A DNA stretch of 64,000 bases from Alphaproteobacteria bacterium (GCA_963665325.3 OZ224045.1:1888001-1952000); one strand, 5' to 3'; numbered from the stretch's first letter, positions 29,487 through 38,377 are shown. Translations and numbers: made by a program. Notes: generated from the sequence alone by a model not told the origin.

Positions 29487-30503
29487 CTAACTATCCGGAA
29501 TCGTGTCTTGTAAAGCGTCGGAGATTCGCTTTATTTGCGCGGCGGCGTCTTCTATGACCCGCTCCTGTTCGACGCCGGCCTTCAGCCGAATGGGAATGCA
29601 CGGTCTTTCATTGGGAACTTTCACGTCCGTGAAGCTTCCACAAATCATTTCGAAAGCGTCGACGGTGCCATGCTGGGGCACCAACCACAACGGCGAGATT
29701 CCATGATCGCGCCATATCTTGAAGACAATCGCTAGAGATAGTTCAAACTTGTCGTGCGTACGGAAATACCGGCGGATATAATCGAAAGTAGCAGTAGGCA
29801 TATAGCCTTTTGTATCAGCTATTCCGTCGTCCACGAGCTTGTTTACGATCCCATTTATCAATCCGATGTAGTTCATTAATCGGCGCACTATCTCCTGATC
29901 GGTGACTTCATCTTCGCGCAGCGGCAGGAATGCCTCGGAGTCAGTCCAGTTCGTCAGCGCCTGTAACTGGAGGAGGTCGGCCCTAACCTCGTCATGCCCC
30001 TTGGAACGGGCAGCGTCCAGTAATGTCTCCAGGACATATTTCCAACTGGCGACCAGCATAGTCTTACCGCCGACACGGGCGCGATTGCCGGCCGCATCCT
30101 TCCATTCGAGTCCCGCGTCACTGCATCGCGCCCTGAGTTCGTGCCAGACCGTCGAAATTCTCTGCTCGGGAACGATGAACACAAGGGCTGACGGAGGGTC
30201 TTCTACGAGGTGGCCGAGATAAGACACGGGTTGCGCGTCGGTCAGCCCGGCCCAGAATTTGTTCTCGACGAAGACCCGCACACAACCGTTGCTGTCATGG
30301 ATCGTAAGGTCCGGTTGGCCCTCTCCATGTTCCAACTCGGCCTCGATGCGCCCGGGCTCGAACTCGATATCTGCGTCTCGCAGCATTTCGACGAACGCCT
30401 TGGCGATGTCCGGTTTCGATTTCAGTATGTAGGCCAGAGCCTGCGTCGCGGCGGGCTCGTTCTGTAGCGCCCCTCCAAGAACGACATGCGCCAACACGCT
30501 CAT
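29487..30503 (-). CDS. PD-(D/E)XK nuclease family protein
   Basis: QPDL...FVENKFWAGLTDAQPVSY (PD..ExK, Q..Y); visibly lower GC than its neighbours. Confidence 0.75.
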   Translation of the reverse strand: MSVLAHVVLGGALQNEPAATQALAYILKSKPDIAKAFVEMLRDADIEFEPGRIEAELEHGEGQPDLTIHDSNGCVRVFVENKFWAGLTDAQPVSYLGHLVEDPPSALVFIVPEQRISTVWHELRARCSDAGLEWKDAAGNRARVGGKTMLVASWKYVLETLLDAARSKGHDEVRADLLQLQALTNWTDSEAFLPLREDEVTDQEIVRRLMNYIGLINGIVNKLVDDGIADTKGYMPTATFDYIRRYFRTHDKFELSLAIVFKIWRDHGISPLWLVPQHGTVDAFEMICGSFTDVKVPNERPCIPIRLKAGVEQERVIEDAAAQIKRISDALQDTIPDS

Positions 30504-31024
30504 AGAGCTTACCCCCCGTTCTGTCGGTCCAGAGGCTTTCCGCCGGATGGCGGGCGGCTCGACCGGACCGGGCCGTGCCGGAGCCGCATCGGACGGCATT
30601 TCGGGCCGGACTGCAACCCTGCCCTGGTGAAGATGGTATTTTGTTCCAGGAATTATGAAATAATTCTCCATAAAGGCTAGACGTCAGGGCAACCAGCCAC
30701 TATATAGGACTACACGGAGCGGCATCCGGAGGCCGCCCCGTCCTCCGCGTCGGCGCCGGCGCGAAAAAATGCCCCTGAGAAACGCATGGGAGAGGTGCGT
30801 CCTGCGTCTCGCGCGCGCAATCAGGCGCGCGAGCCGCGCCGCCGCGAAGCGCGCGCGGGCGGGCACAGGCGCGGCTCGCGCAGGATACGCGCGAATCAGG
30901 GTCCCGCCGCACCGGGAAGCCGGGCGGAGGGACGAACGGAACGGAGTGGAACGAATCGCGATGGAGGAACGATCATGCAGCATACCCCTCTCCGTCACCC
31001 CGGCCGGAGGTCCGCATGCCTCTT

Positions 31025-31126
31025 GCGTCACCCCGGACGGCGCGCCAGCGCCGAGCCGGGGTCTCCGGACGAAGGGTTGCCCTTGTTGCACGAAGCCCCG
31101 GCTTCCCCGCTCGGGGGCGGGGACGG
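31025..31126. repeat. REP-like palindromic element
   Basis: cgtcaccccggacgg...gagccggggtct followed by gaagccccggc...ggggacg; partial copy cgtcaccccgg at ~30993. Confidence 0.45.
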
Positions 31127-31234
31127 GCGCGGTCCTGGGCGACGCAAAGGGAACGCGCACCTGCATCCTGAGCAGTTACAATAGGATATGAGCCATCCGC
31201 ATGCGGATCATGACATCTCTCGAGTAACTAACGC

Positions 31235-32611
31235 TCACGCCATGGCCCTATCACCATCGGGCGCTTGCATGTCCTGGGCGGGGTGGATCAGTTGGTAGCC
31301 GAGGGTTCGAGCCTTGCGCCGCAGGTTGGCGAGGGAACGGTCGATGCGCCGTTTTTCGTAGGCTTGCATGCCTTTTTCGACATATTGCTCACCCCGCGTC
31401 ACTATCAGATAGATCAGGCAAGCCAGTTCGCGGGCGGTCGCGGTTATCGCGACGGGAGTGTCCTTTCGGGCGAGCCGGGCGCGATGTTTGGCGCCGATGA
31501 AGGTCTGGCTCCTTCGTGCCGACATGGCTGCCATGCGCAGGGCCTGTCCGACCGGGTTGACCACCTTGTGCGTCCGGCCCGGCAAAGGCTTGCCGCCGCT
31601 GATCCTGGTGCCCGGCGCCACCCCCAGCCAGGAGCAGAAGTGTTGGGCGGAAGGGAAGGCGGAGAAGTCCGGGCCGATCTCGGAAGCGATCGTCAGAGCG
31701 GTTCCGGGACCGATGGTCGGGATCGCGGTCAGGTCGGTGCCCATCATGGCGGTCAGGGCCACGGTCAACGCCTTGTCGGTCATGGGGCCGACCGCGCGGA
31801 GTGTTTCGTGGGATGCGTCACCGCCGCCCGGCCCGTCCGGTGGCGTCAGATCGTCGATCTGCTCCGCGATCCGCGCCTCGCAGTCCTCGATCTGCCGGTC
31901 GAGGAAGTCATAGCGCTGCACGGCCTGCTCCAGGGCGAAGAGATGCTCCTCGCGCCAGGTGCCTTCCAGGCTCGCGGCGATTGTGTCCGCGCTGGCCTTG
32001 ATCCGCCGGTGCCGGAACGATGCCAGGCGCTGCGGGTCGCGTTCGCCGTCGACGATCGCCCGCAGGATCTTCATGCCGGTCTGCCCCGTGATGTCGGCGA
32101 TCGCCGAGTCCAGCCGGACATTCATCTCGGTCAGCGCCTTCTGCATGTGCTGCACGCAGCGCGAGCGGTCTTCAGTCAGGCGCTTCATCTGGCGCACATA
32201 GGAGCGAAGCGGGCAGACCGCATCGCCAGGACGGAAGGCGCCCCGCAGCAACCCGTAGGACAGAAGCTGCCAGATCCACTGGCAATCGAGCACGTCGCTC
32301 TTGCGACCGGCAATCTGCTTCGTCATCCGCGGGGGCACCAGGAGCACCTCGAAGCCGGCGCGTTCCAGCACCTCGTAGACCGGGATCCAGTAAACCGAGG
32401 TCGACTCCATCGCCACCTTCGTCACGCCGCACGACGAAAGCCAGTCCGCCATCGCCCGCAGATCGCAGGTGAAGCCGCCGAACGCCCGGACCGGGTCCGA
32501 AGTGCGCGCCGGATCGACGGCCACGAAGTGACGGTCCTTACCGATGTCGATCCCGGCGCAATCCGGGTTCACAACCCTCAACCGCTGCCTCTTCCCGGTC
32601 TTGCGCGCCAT
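31235..32611 (-). CDS. IS110 recombinase/transposase (458 aa)
   Basis: GIDIG, AMESTS, KSDVLD (DEDD tetrad); IPTIG; FCSWLGVAPG..ISGG. Confidence 0.95.
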   Translation of the reverse strand: MARKTGKRQRLRVVNPDCAGIDIGKDRHFVAVDPARTSDPVRAFGGFTCDLRAMADWLSSCGVTKVAMESTSVYWIPVYEVLERAGFEVLLVPPRMTKQIAGRKSDVLDCQWIWQLLSYGLLRGAFRPGDAVCPLRSYVRQMKRLTEDRSRCVQHMQKALTEMNVRLDSAIADITGQTGMKILRAIVDGERDPQRLASFRHRRIKASADTIAASLEGTWREEHLFALEQAVQRYDFLDRQIEDCEARIAEQIDDLTPPDGPGGGDASHETLRAVGPMTDKALTVALTAMMGTDLTAIPTIGPGTALTIASEIGPDFSAFPSAQHFCSWLGVAPGTRISGGKPLPGRTHKVVNPVGQALRMAAMSARRSQTFIGAKHRARLARKDTPVAITATARELACLIYLIVTRGEQYVEKGMQAYEKRRIDRSLANLRRKARTLGYQLIHPAQDMQAPDGDRAMA

Positions 32612-32642
32612 GCTGGTCCCCATTTTGTGTGCCGGTGCGGAC

Positions 32643-32787
32643 GGGGAAGAACCACGCAACAATGCCCAATCTCTCGAACGAGGTCGCGGCGAACCGCGCC
32701 ATCAGTGACAGAAGCCGATCGTGGTTCGGGCCAAGCTCATGAACGGGCGCTACATGCACACCAGTGATTCTCCGGCCTCCATTCCCC
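32643..32787 (-). ncRNA. Putative bridge RNA of the IS110 element
   Basis: Closing stems GGGGAA/TTCCCC and GAACCACG/CGTGGTTC; two loops TCAC-TG(G/A)...hairpin...GTT-guide; the guides match the element junctions. Confidence 0.7.
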
Positions 32788-33203
32788 AGACCGACCTCAA
32801 ATCACAACACCGCCGCCAAGGCCACAAGGCCCCGTTACTTGCGCGACAGGGCCCACGCCCCGCGCGGGTGGGTGCTCATGACACTTCCGCAGGGGGTTCG
32901 CTGCATGCAGGGGCCGGTCGCGGGAAGATCGGAACAAAAACGGATTGAAACGCGATGAGGGAGCGGCATTCGGGATGTGGAGAAACTGGGGTTCGGAAGG
33001 ATGGGGCTGCCGCCGCGAAATCTTCTCTCCCGCGCGCGGGCTACCGGATTCACACTTCTCCGCCCGGTGGCGTCGCATCGCATGTTCACCAACCTCACGC
33101 CCCGGCCCCGGACCGCAGCCCGGGGCAAGCTACCCTCGCAGGCGAGGGAGGGAGACAGACAGCGATCTCATGTCCGAAAGGACCACAGGACATGCGTCAC
33201 GAG

Positions 33204-33245
33204 CATGGGAATCATGACAGACCATGACATCCCATGACACTTCCG
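33204..33245. repeat. Three CATGACA heptamers at 10-bp spacing; second copy of the IS target motif
   Basis: atCATGACAgacCATGACAtccCATGACActtccg. Confidence 0.8.
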
Positions 33246-33345
33246 GGGGCGTGTTGCCGCAGTCGTGCCGCGCAATCTCCACCGGATGCCGGCCGCCGGT
33301 GGTTCTCCCCCGAAGGGCCGTCGGATCGTCCGGGTCGAATCGCCC

Positions 33346-35490
33346 CTAAGCCGCCGGTGCCACCCGGCAGGGGATGCCCTTGAAGTGGGGGATGCCTTGC
33401 TCGCGGTCGAGGAAATCCTCGTCGTCGGGGCAGAGTTGGGCGTCGGCCATTTCCCAGGCGCTCTCGAGCCCGACCTCCGGCAGCCACCAGCCATGCGGAA
33501 TCCGCACCAGGCCCCTCTGCATGTCGTCGCGGACGGCGGCCTTCATGTGCACGCGCCCCTGCGCCGTTTCGGCGACGGCGGGCTCGCCGTCCGCTATGCC
33601 GGCTTCGGCAGCATCGTCGGGGTGAAGGAAGAGCAGGGGCTCAGGCGCGCGGGCCCGCAGGGCTGCGATATGGCGGTGGCCGGTCTGGAAATAGGCGTCC
33701 TCGCGCAGGCCCGTGAACAGGCGGAGCGGCATGTTTTCGGGCGCCGCCGGCTCCTCGCGCCAGTAGGGCAGGGGGTCGAAGCCGAGCTCGGCCAGCACGG
33801 AGGACGAAAGCTCGACCTTGCCGGACGGCGTGGCGAAGCCCGTCTCTTCGTATTTCCGGAACTGGAGGCCGTCCGTATGCAGGGCGTGCTGCCGGGCGAA
33901 GCTGTCGAAATCCATGCCGAGGGCCGCCACGCGGTGATCCAGCACGGCGTCCGCCGTTTCCCACGGAAAATGGTTGCCGAGGCCGAACCGGACCGCCAGG
34001 CCGCGCCAGAAATCGTAAACGCTGCGCGCCTCCCCGGGCGGCTCCGTGGCCTGCTGCGAGGTGCGGCAAAGTGCGGTCCAGCCAAATCCGTCCGCCAGCG
34101 CCTTGCGCTCCGTCCAGGCATCGCCCGGCAGGATGTAATCGGAGAGCGCGGCCGTCGGCGTCTTCATGTGCTCGAAGGTGACGAGAAGGTCCTGGTTCAG
34201 GAGCGCCCTCTGGATCAGCTGCATGTTGGCGAAGCTGAGCAGCGTGTTGTTGCCGAGCGCGAAGAACGCCTTGACCGGATAGGGCTCGCCGTCCGCCATC
34301 GCCCGGAACACCGCCGACGGCGTGGCCATGTAGCAGCCGGAGACGATGTTGGCGTATCGCCGGCCCCATACGCGGAGCGTCGGCTCTTCCAGGGGTGCGG
34401 CGCCGCGATAGGTGAACACCGGATGGGTGTCGGACCCCAGCTGCTTGGCCTTCTGCGCTTCCGGCAGCGCGTCGTGAAGCTCCAGGTCCGTCTCCGGCAC
34501 GATGCGCGGGTGGAAGCCGTGCAGCACATCGCCGCCCGGAACGTCGAGATTGCCGCAGATGGCGCGCAGGATCGCCTGCAGCCGGATGGCGGAGGTCGAA
34601 TTGCGCTGCTGGTCGGTGATCGGCGACCACGGGATCACTGCGGGACCCGACTGCGCATAGAGGCGCGCGGCCTCGGCGATCTGGTCAGGCGCAACGCCGG
34701 TGATCTCCGCGACCCGGTCCAACGGAAACTCGTTGACGCGCGCACGGAGTTCGTCGAACCCCGCCGTCCACCGCTTGACGAAATCCCGGTCCCAGAGGCC
34801 TTCGTCCATGATGACCTTGAGCCATCCGAGGCACATGGCGGCGTCGGTGCCGACCTTGAGAGGCAGCCAGATGTCGGCGAGCTCGGCATTCTCCGACCGG
34901 CGCGGATCGAGCACGATCAGCTTCGCGCCGCGCTCCTGTGCGCGGCGGATGGCGTTGTATTCCGGCGTCCAGGAATGCGGCTTCGGATTGTGCCCGAACA
35001 GCACGATGCACTGCGTCTTGGTGAAGTCCGGATAGGGGAACCAGCCATAGACCAGTCGGTTGACGGCGGCCGTATTGCCGGCGCAGAGCGCCACGCCGGA
35101 AATCCAGTTGGGCGAGCCGACAAGGTTCATGAAGCGCCGGCACATGCCGTTGTCGGTCTGCGTGTTCCAGGAACTCGTCGAGACCGCGAACCCCTCCGGT
35201 CCATAGCGGTCGACAACCCGATGAAGGCGTTCGGCGATGTCGTCGAGCGCGCTGTCCCAATCGACCCGCTCCCATTCCCCGGAGCCGCGCGGCCCCTTGC
35301 GGCGGAGCGGATGCAGCACCCGGTCGGGATGAACGAAGCCGGAGGGCGCATGCACGCCCTTCATGCAGATATTGGCGCGTCCCGGCCTCGGGTCCATCGC
35401 CTTGACCCTGGTGACCTGCCCCCCTTCGGTCTCGACCGTAACCTGGCAGTAGATGTCGCAGGATGAGCAGAGCGCGCGCGCTTCGGGCAT
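33346..35490 (-). CDS. Bis-MGD Mo/W enzyme, acetylene hydratase-like
   Basis: CSSCDIYC..CMK 4Fe-4S motif, RRFMNLVGSPNW, LCAGNT, IPWSPITDQQRNS, ILPGDAWTER, GLRED, LDREQGIP. Confidence 0.88.
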   Translation of the reverse strand: MPEARALCSSCDIYCQVTVETEGGQVTRVKAMDPRPGRANICMKGVHAPSGFVHPDRVLHPLRRKGPRGSGEWERVDWDSALDDIAERLHRVVDRYGPEGFAVSTSSWNTQTDNGMCRRFMNLVGSPNWISGVALCAGNTAAVNRLVYGWFPYPDFTKTQCIVLFGHNPKPHSWTPEYNAIRRAQERGAKLIVLDPRRSENAELADIWLPLKVGTDAAMCLGWLKVIMDEGLWDRDFVKRWTAGFDELRARVNEFPLDRVAEITGVAPDQIAEAARLYAQSGPAVIPWSPITDQQRNSTSAIRLQAILRAICGNLDVPGGDVLHGFHPRIVPETDLELHDALPEAQKAKQLGSDTHPVFTYRGAAPLEEPTLRVWGRRYANIVSGCYMATPSAVFRAMADGEPYPVKAFFALGNNTLLSFANMQLIQRALLNQDLLVTFEHMKTPTAALSDYILPGDAWTERKALADGFGWTALCRTSQQATEPPGEARSVYDFWRGLAVRFGLGNHFPWETADAVLDHRVAALGMDFDSFARQHALHTDGLQFRKYEETGFATPSGKVELSSSVLAELGFDPLPYWREEPAAPENMPLRLFTGLREDAYFQTGHRHIAALRARAPEPLLFLHPDDAAEAGIADGEPAVAETAQGRVHMKAAVRDDMQRGLVRIPHGWWLPEVGLESAWEMADAQLCPDDEDFLDREQGIPHFKGIPCRVAPAA

Positions 35491-35602
35491 CGGCCGAACC
35501 TCCGGGCAGTCGGGATGGCGCCATCTTGACCCGGGAGCCCGAAAGCGGTCAATAACGGGACACAACCGCCGCCGGAGGGGCGTCGGAGAGAGGAGAACGC
35601 CC

Positions 35603-35914
35603 ATGTCCAGGGTCCACGTCATCGCCGTCATCCAGGCCAAGCCCGGCCGCCGGGCCGAGATTCTGGAGGCCTTCAACGCCAATGTGCCGGCGGTGCATGC
35701 AGAGGACGGGTGCATCGAATACGGCGCGGCCGTGGATGCCGAGGCGGGCGCGATCCAGACGAAATACGGCGAGGACACCTTCGTCGTCATCGAGAAATGG
35801 GCCAGCCTGGACGCGCTCCGCGCGCATGGCGCGTCGGCCCACATGGCCGCCTACGCGGCAAAGACGAAGGAGCTGATCGCCAGCCGGACGATCCACGTGC
35901 TGAACGACGCCTGA
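35603..35914 (+). CDS. ABM / putative quinol monooxygenase
   Basis: AGGAG RBS; EDGCIEY, IEKWASLDALRAH..SAHM. Confidence 0.88.
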   Translation: MSRVHVIAVIQAKPGRRAEILEAFNANVPAVHAEDGCIEYGAAVDAEAGAIQTKYGEDTFVVIEKWASLDALRAHGASAHMAAYAAKTKELIASRTIHVLNDA

Positions 35915-35918
35915 GCCT

Positions 35919-36725
35919 TCACCGGTCGAAGGAGAACGTCTCGATCTCCTTTCCGTCGATGCGCGCGATCGTTAGGCGGCCGTAGCCTGGCCGGTCGATA
36001 TGGACGCCGGTGTCGATCCCGAGGATGTTCCCGTGCCATGTCGGCTGCCGGCATGAGGTGTGGCCGGTGAGCACCGCGCGCACGCCTTCGACCGGGCCCA
36101 GATATTCACCGCCCGTCTCCCCGATCTCGCGCTGCACCCAGCCGTGATACACGCGGCTCCAGAGCGCGCGCGTGCGGGCGAGATGGCTGGCTGGCTCGTC
36201 GCCCTCCAGCGCGTTCTCGAGTTCCCGCCAGGACCGGTGCACGGGGCAGGCATGCACGAGCCCGACCGGTCCGTGCGGGGTCTCGACCCGGGCCGCGAAG
36301 GGAAGCGTTCGGAGGGCGGCCATCCAAACCTCGGCGCTGTCTTCCGCGTTTCGGAAGTGCCACCAGTTCCCGCCGTTCATCTGCCAGAGGGCCCAGGCGT
36401 CCGTGCCCGGGAGCCGCCCTGGAGGCAGTTCGCCCACCTCGTCCAGCGCCTCCAGCATCAGCTGTTCGTGGTTGCCGCGGAGCACCAGGTGGAAGCCCGG
36501 CCCCTCAATCCAGGCTTTCGCCTCGAAGGAACGCGGGCCGCGGTCGATCAGGTCGCCGAGCGAGAACAGGCGGTCGTCCGGGCCTACTTCCAATTCGTCC
36601 AGCGCGCGGCGCAGCGTGGCGAAATGGCCGTGCAGATCGCCCACGACCAGGTCGCGGCCCCCGGGATTCGGCCCAAGACGGACGCTGAGCGGCGTGCCCG
36701 GCGGGGCGAAGCTGTCGGTTCTCAC
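35919..36725 (-). CDS. PPP-family metallophosphoesterase (PphA / lambda-phosphatase-like)
   Basis: GDLHG, LGDLIDRG, RGNHE, VHAC, GHT, IDTG; GTG start with GAGG RBS. Confidence 0.88.
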   Translation of the reverse strand: MRTDSFAPPGTPLSVRLGPNPGGRDLVVGDLHGHFATLRRALDELEVGPDDRLFSLGDLIDRGPRSFEAKAWIEGPGFHLVLRGNHEQLMLEALDEVGELPPGRLPGTDAWALWQMNGGNWWHFRNAEDSAEVWMAALRTLPFAARVETPHGPVGLVHACPVHRSWRELENALEGDEPASHLARTRALWSRVYHGWVQREIGETGGEYLGPVEGVRAVLTGHTSCRQPTWHGNILGIDTGVHIDRPGYGRLTIARIDGKEIETFSFDR

Positions 36726-36899
36726 GGTGTCCGTTTCCTCGACGCGGGTGGCTGCCGCGCAGGATAGGCCGGCGGCCCGGAATTCTCGAACGGGAACGAC
36801 AAGGGCGGCATGGATGCGGCGGCCGGCCTGCGGGCCCGCCCGGTTGAAACAGGTTTCCGCATCCGGTCCCGAGGCGGGGCGCGGCGCAGGCGGCCGCCA

Positions 36900-37440
36900 T
36901 TGGCCGCGCTCGGCACGATGCTCGTCTTCGCCGTCATTCTGCTGCGCTCGCTCTGGGGTACGCTTGCCATCGTCATCATGCCGGTCGCCGTCCTCGCTTC
37001 CACGATAGGCTTTACCGGCTGGACCGGTATGAAGTTTTTCGGCGAGAGCGGCGCCGCGCTGTTCGTGCTGATGGCGGTCACCGTTGCGCATTCCGTGCAT
37101 GTATTCGAGGGCATGGCTACGGGCCTGCGCCGGGGCCTGGACCGCAAGGAAGCGGCGATTCAGTCGCTCCGGGTCAGTCTGTGGCCGGTTTTCCTCACAT
37201 CGCTCACGACGGCAATCGGATTCCCCAGCCTGAGTTTCGCGGATATGCCGCCCATCCGCTCGGTGGGCAAGGCGCTGCTGGCGACGACCGTCTTGTTCGG
37301 ACTGGGGTTCATGGTGTTCGGGGTGTCGGGTCTGGTGACCAACCAGGCGCTGGGGCTACCGGCCGGCATCACCGTCGTCATCGCCCTGCCGGCGGACTTC
37401 CTGTTCCTGCCGCCCCTGCTGATGGTCCTCGACGGGACCA
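36900..37440 (+). pseudogene. MMPL/RND transporter remnant (5'-truncated and internally deleted)
   Basis: First-half TM block (...PVFLTSLTTAIGF..DMPPIR) fused directly to the C-terminal block (SVGKALLATT...DFLFLPPLL); sits upstream of a LolA-like gene, as intact MMPL genes do. Confidence 0.7.
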
Positions 37441-37567
37441 GGGAGACGAGCGGACAGATCAGGGAACGGCTGCAGCGGGAAGCCGGCCAGCCGGGCGGAT
37501 TGTGCTATCCTGCGGGAAAAGGCTTCGGCGGGGGCGCACGCACCGCAGCCGCCGATAGGAGGAAACG

Positions 37568-38377
37568 GTGATTGGCGCATTTCTCTCCCGCCCGCTGCCT
37601 ATGCTGTTCGGGCTGTTGTTCGCGGTCTTCGCATGGCCCGCCGGCCTGGCGGCCGAAAGCGCCGAGGAAGCCGGGCTCAGGATCGCGACGGACGCCCGCG
37701 AACGGCAGAAGGGCTTCGGCAATTTCATTGCAGGCATGACCATGACGCTCCGCAACAAGCGGGGCCAGGAGAGCAAGCGCGAAGTCCGCCTGAAGGTCAT
37801 CGAGGTAGAGGGAGACGGCGACCGGACCGTGTTCGTGTTCGACCGGCCGCGCGATGTCAGGGGAACGGCGTTCCTCGTCCACGCCCACAGGGAGGAGGCC
37901 GACGAGCAGTGGCTCTATCTTCCCGCCCTGAAACGGGTCAAGCGCATCAGTTCCTCTAACCAGTCGGGCTCCTTCATGGGCAGCGAGTTCTCATACGAAG
38001 ACCTGGGCACTCCCGAGGTCGAGAAATTCACCCACCGGGTTCTGCGCAACGAGCCCTGCGGTGAACTCGAATGCATCGTCTCCGAACGTATTCCGGTCGG
38101 CCGCGACTCGGGATACTCGCGCCAGCTGGTCTGGCTGGACCGGGAGGAGTTGCGCATCATGCAGATCCAGTTCTTCGACCGCAGGGACGCGCATCTCAAG
38201 ACGATGGTCGTGGAAGGCTACAACAAATATCTGGACCGCTTCTGGCGGAGCAGCAAGATAACGATGACCAACCACCTCACGGGAAAAAGCACCTTGCTGG
38301 ACTGGTCCGACTACGAGTTCGGGGCCGACCTCGACCTCGGCGACTTCACCCGAACGGCACTGAAACGGGTGCGGTAG
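37568..38377 (+). CDS. Outer-membrane lipoprotein-sorting (LolA-like) protein
   Basis: PRDVRGTAFL, QWLYLPALKRVKRI, SFMGSEFSYED, MTNHLTGKST. Confidence 0.88.
   Translation: MIGAFLSRPLPMLFGLLFAVFAWPAGLAAESAEEAGLRIATDARERQKGFGNFIAGMTMTLRNKRGQESKREVRLKVIEVEGDGDRTVFVFDRPRDVRGTAFLVHAHREEADEQWLYLPALKRVKRISSSNQSGSFMGSEFSYEDLGTPEVEKFTHRVLRNEPCGELECIVSERIPVGRDSGYSRQLVWLDREELRIMQIQFFDRRDAHLKTMVVEGYNKYLDRFWRSSKITMTNHLTGKSTLLDWSDYEFGADLDLGDFTRTALKRVR

Larger units (their letters stand above)
31217..32876 (-). mobile_element. IS110-family insertion sequence
   Basis: Full DEDD recombinase; no terminal inverted repeats; CT at both proposed junctions (31217-18, 32875-76); removing the element restores catgacat-CT-catgacacttccg, a near-copy of 33223-33245. 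Confidence 0.85.

Noticed and set aside
30684-31191. 130-160 aa ORFs on both strands left of the IS
   Set aside because: Arg/Ala/Pro-rich translations of palindromic GC DNA with no recognisable domain.
31219-32845. Sub-terminal inverted repeats (IS1111 type): agtaac near 31223 and gttact near 32834
   Set aside because: Only 6 bp and at unequal distances from the ends; the non-coding region lies upstream of the gene, as in the IS110 group.
33204-33245. CATGACA repeats as a CRISPR array
   Set aside because: 7-bp units with 3-bp spacers and no cas genes; no CRISPR array is seen anywhere in the window.
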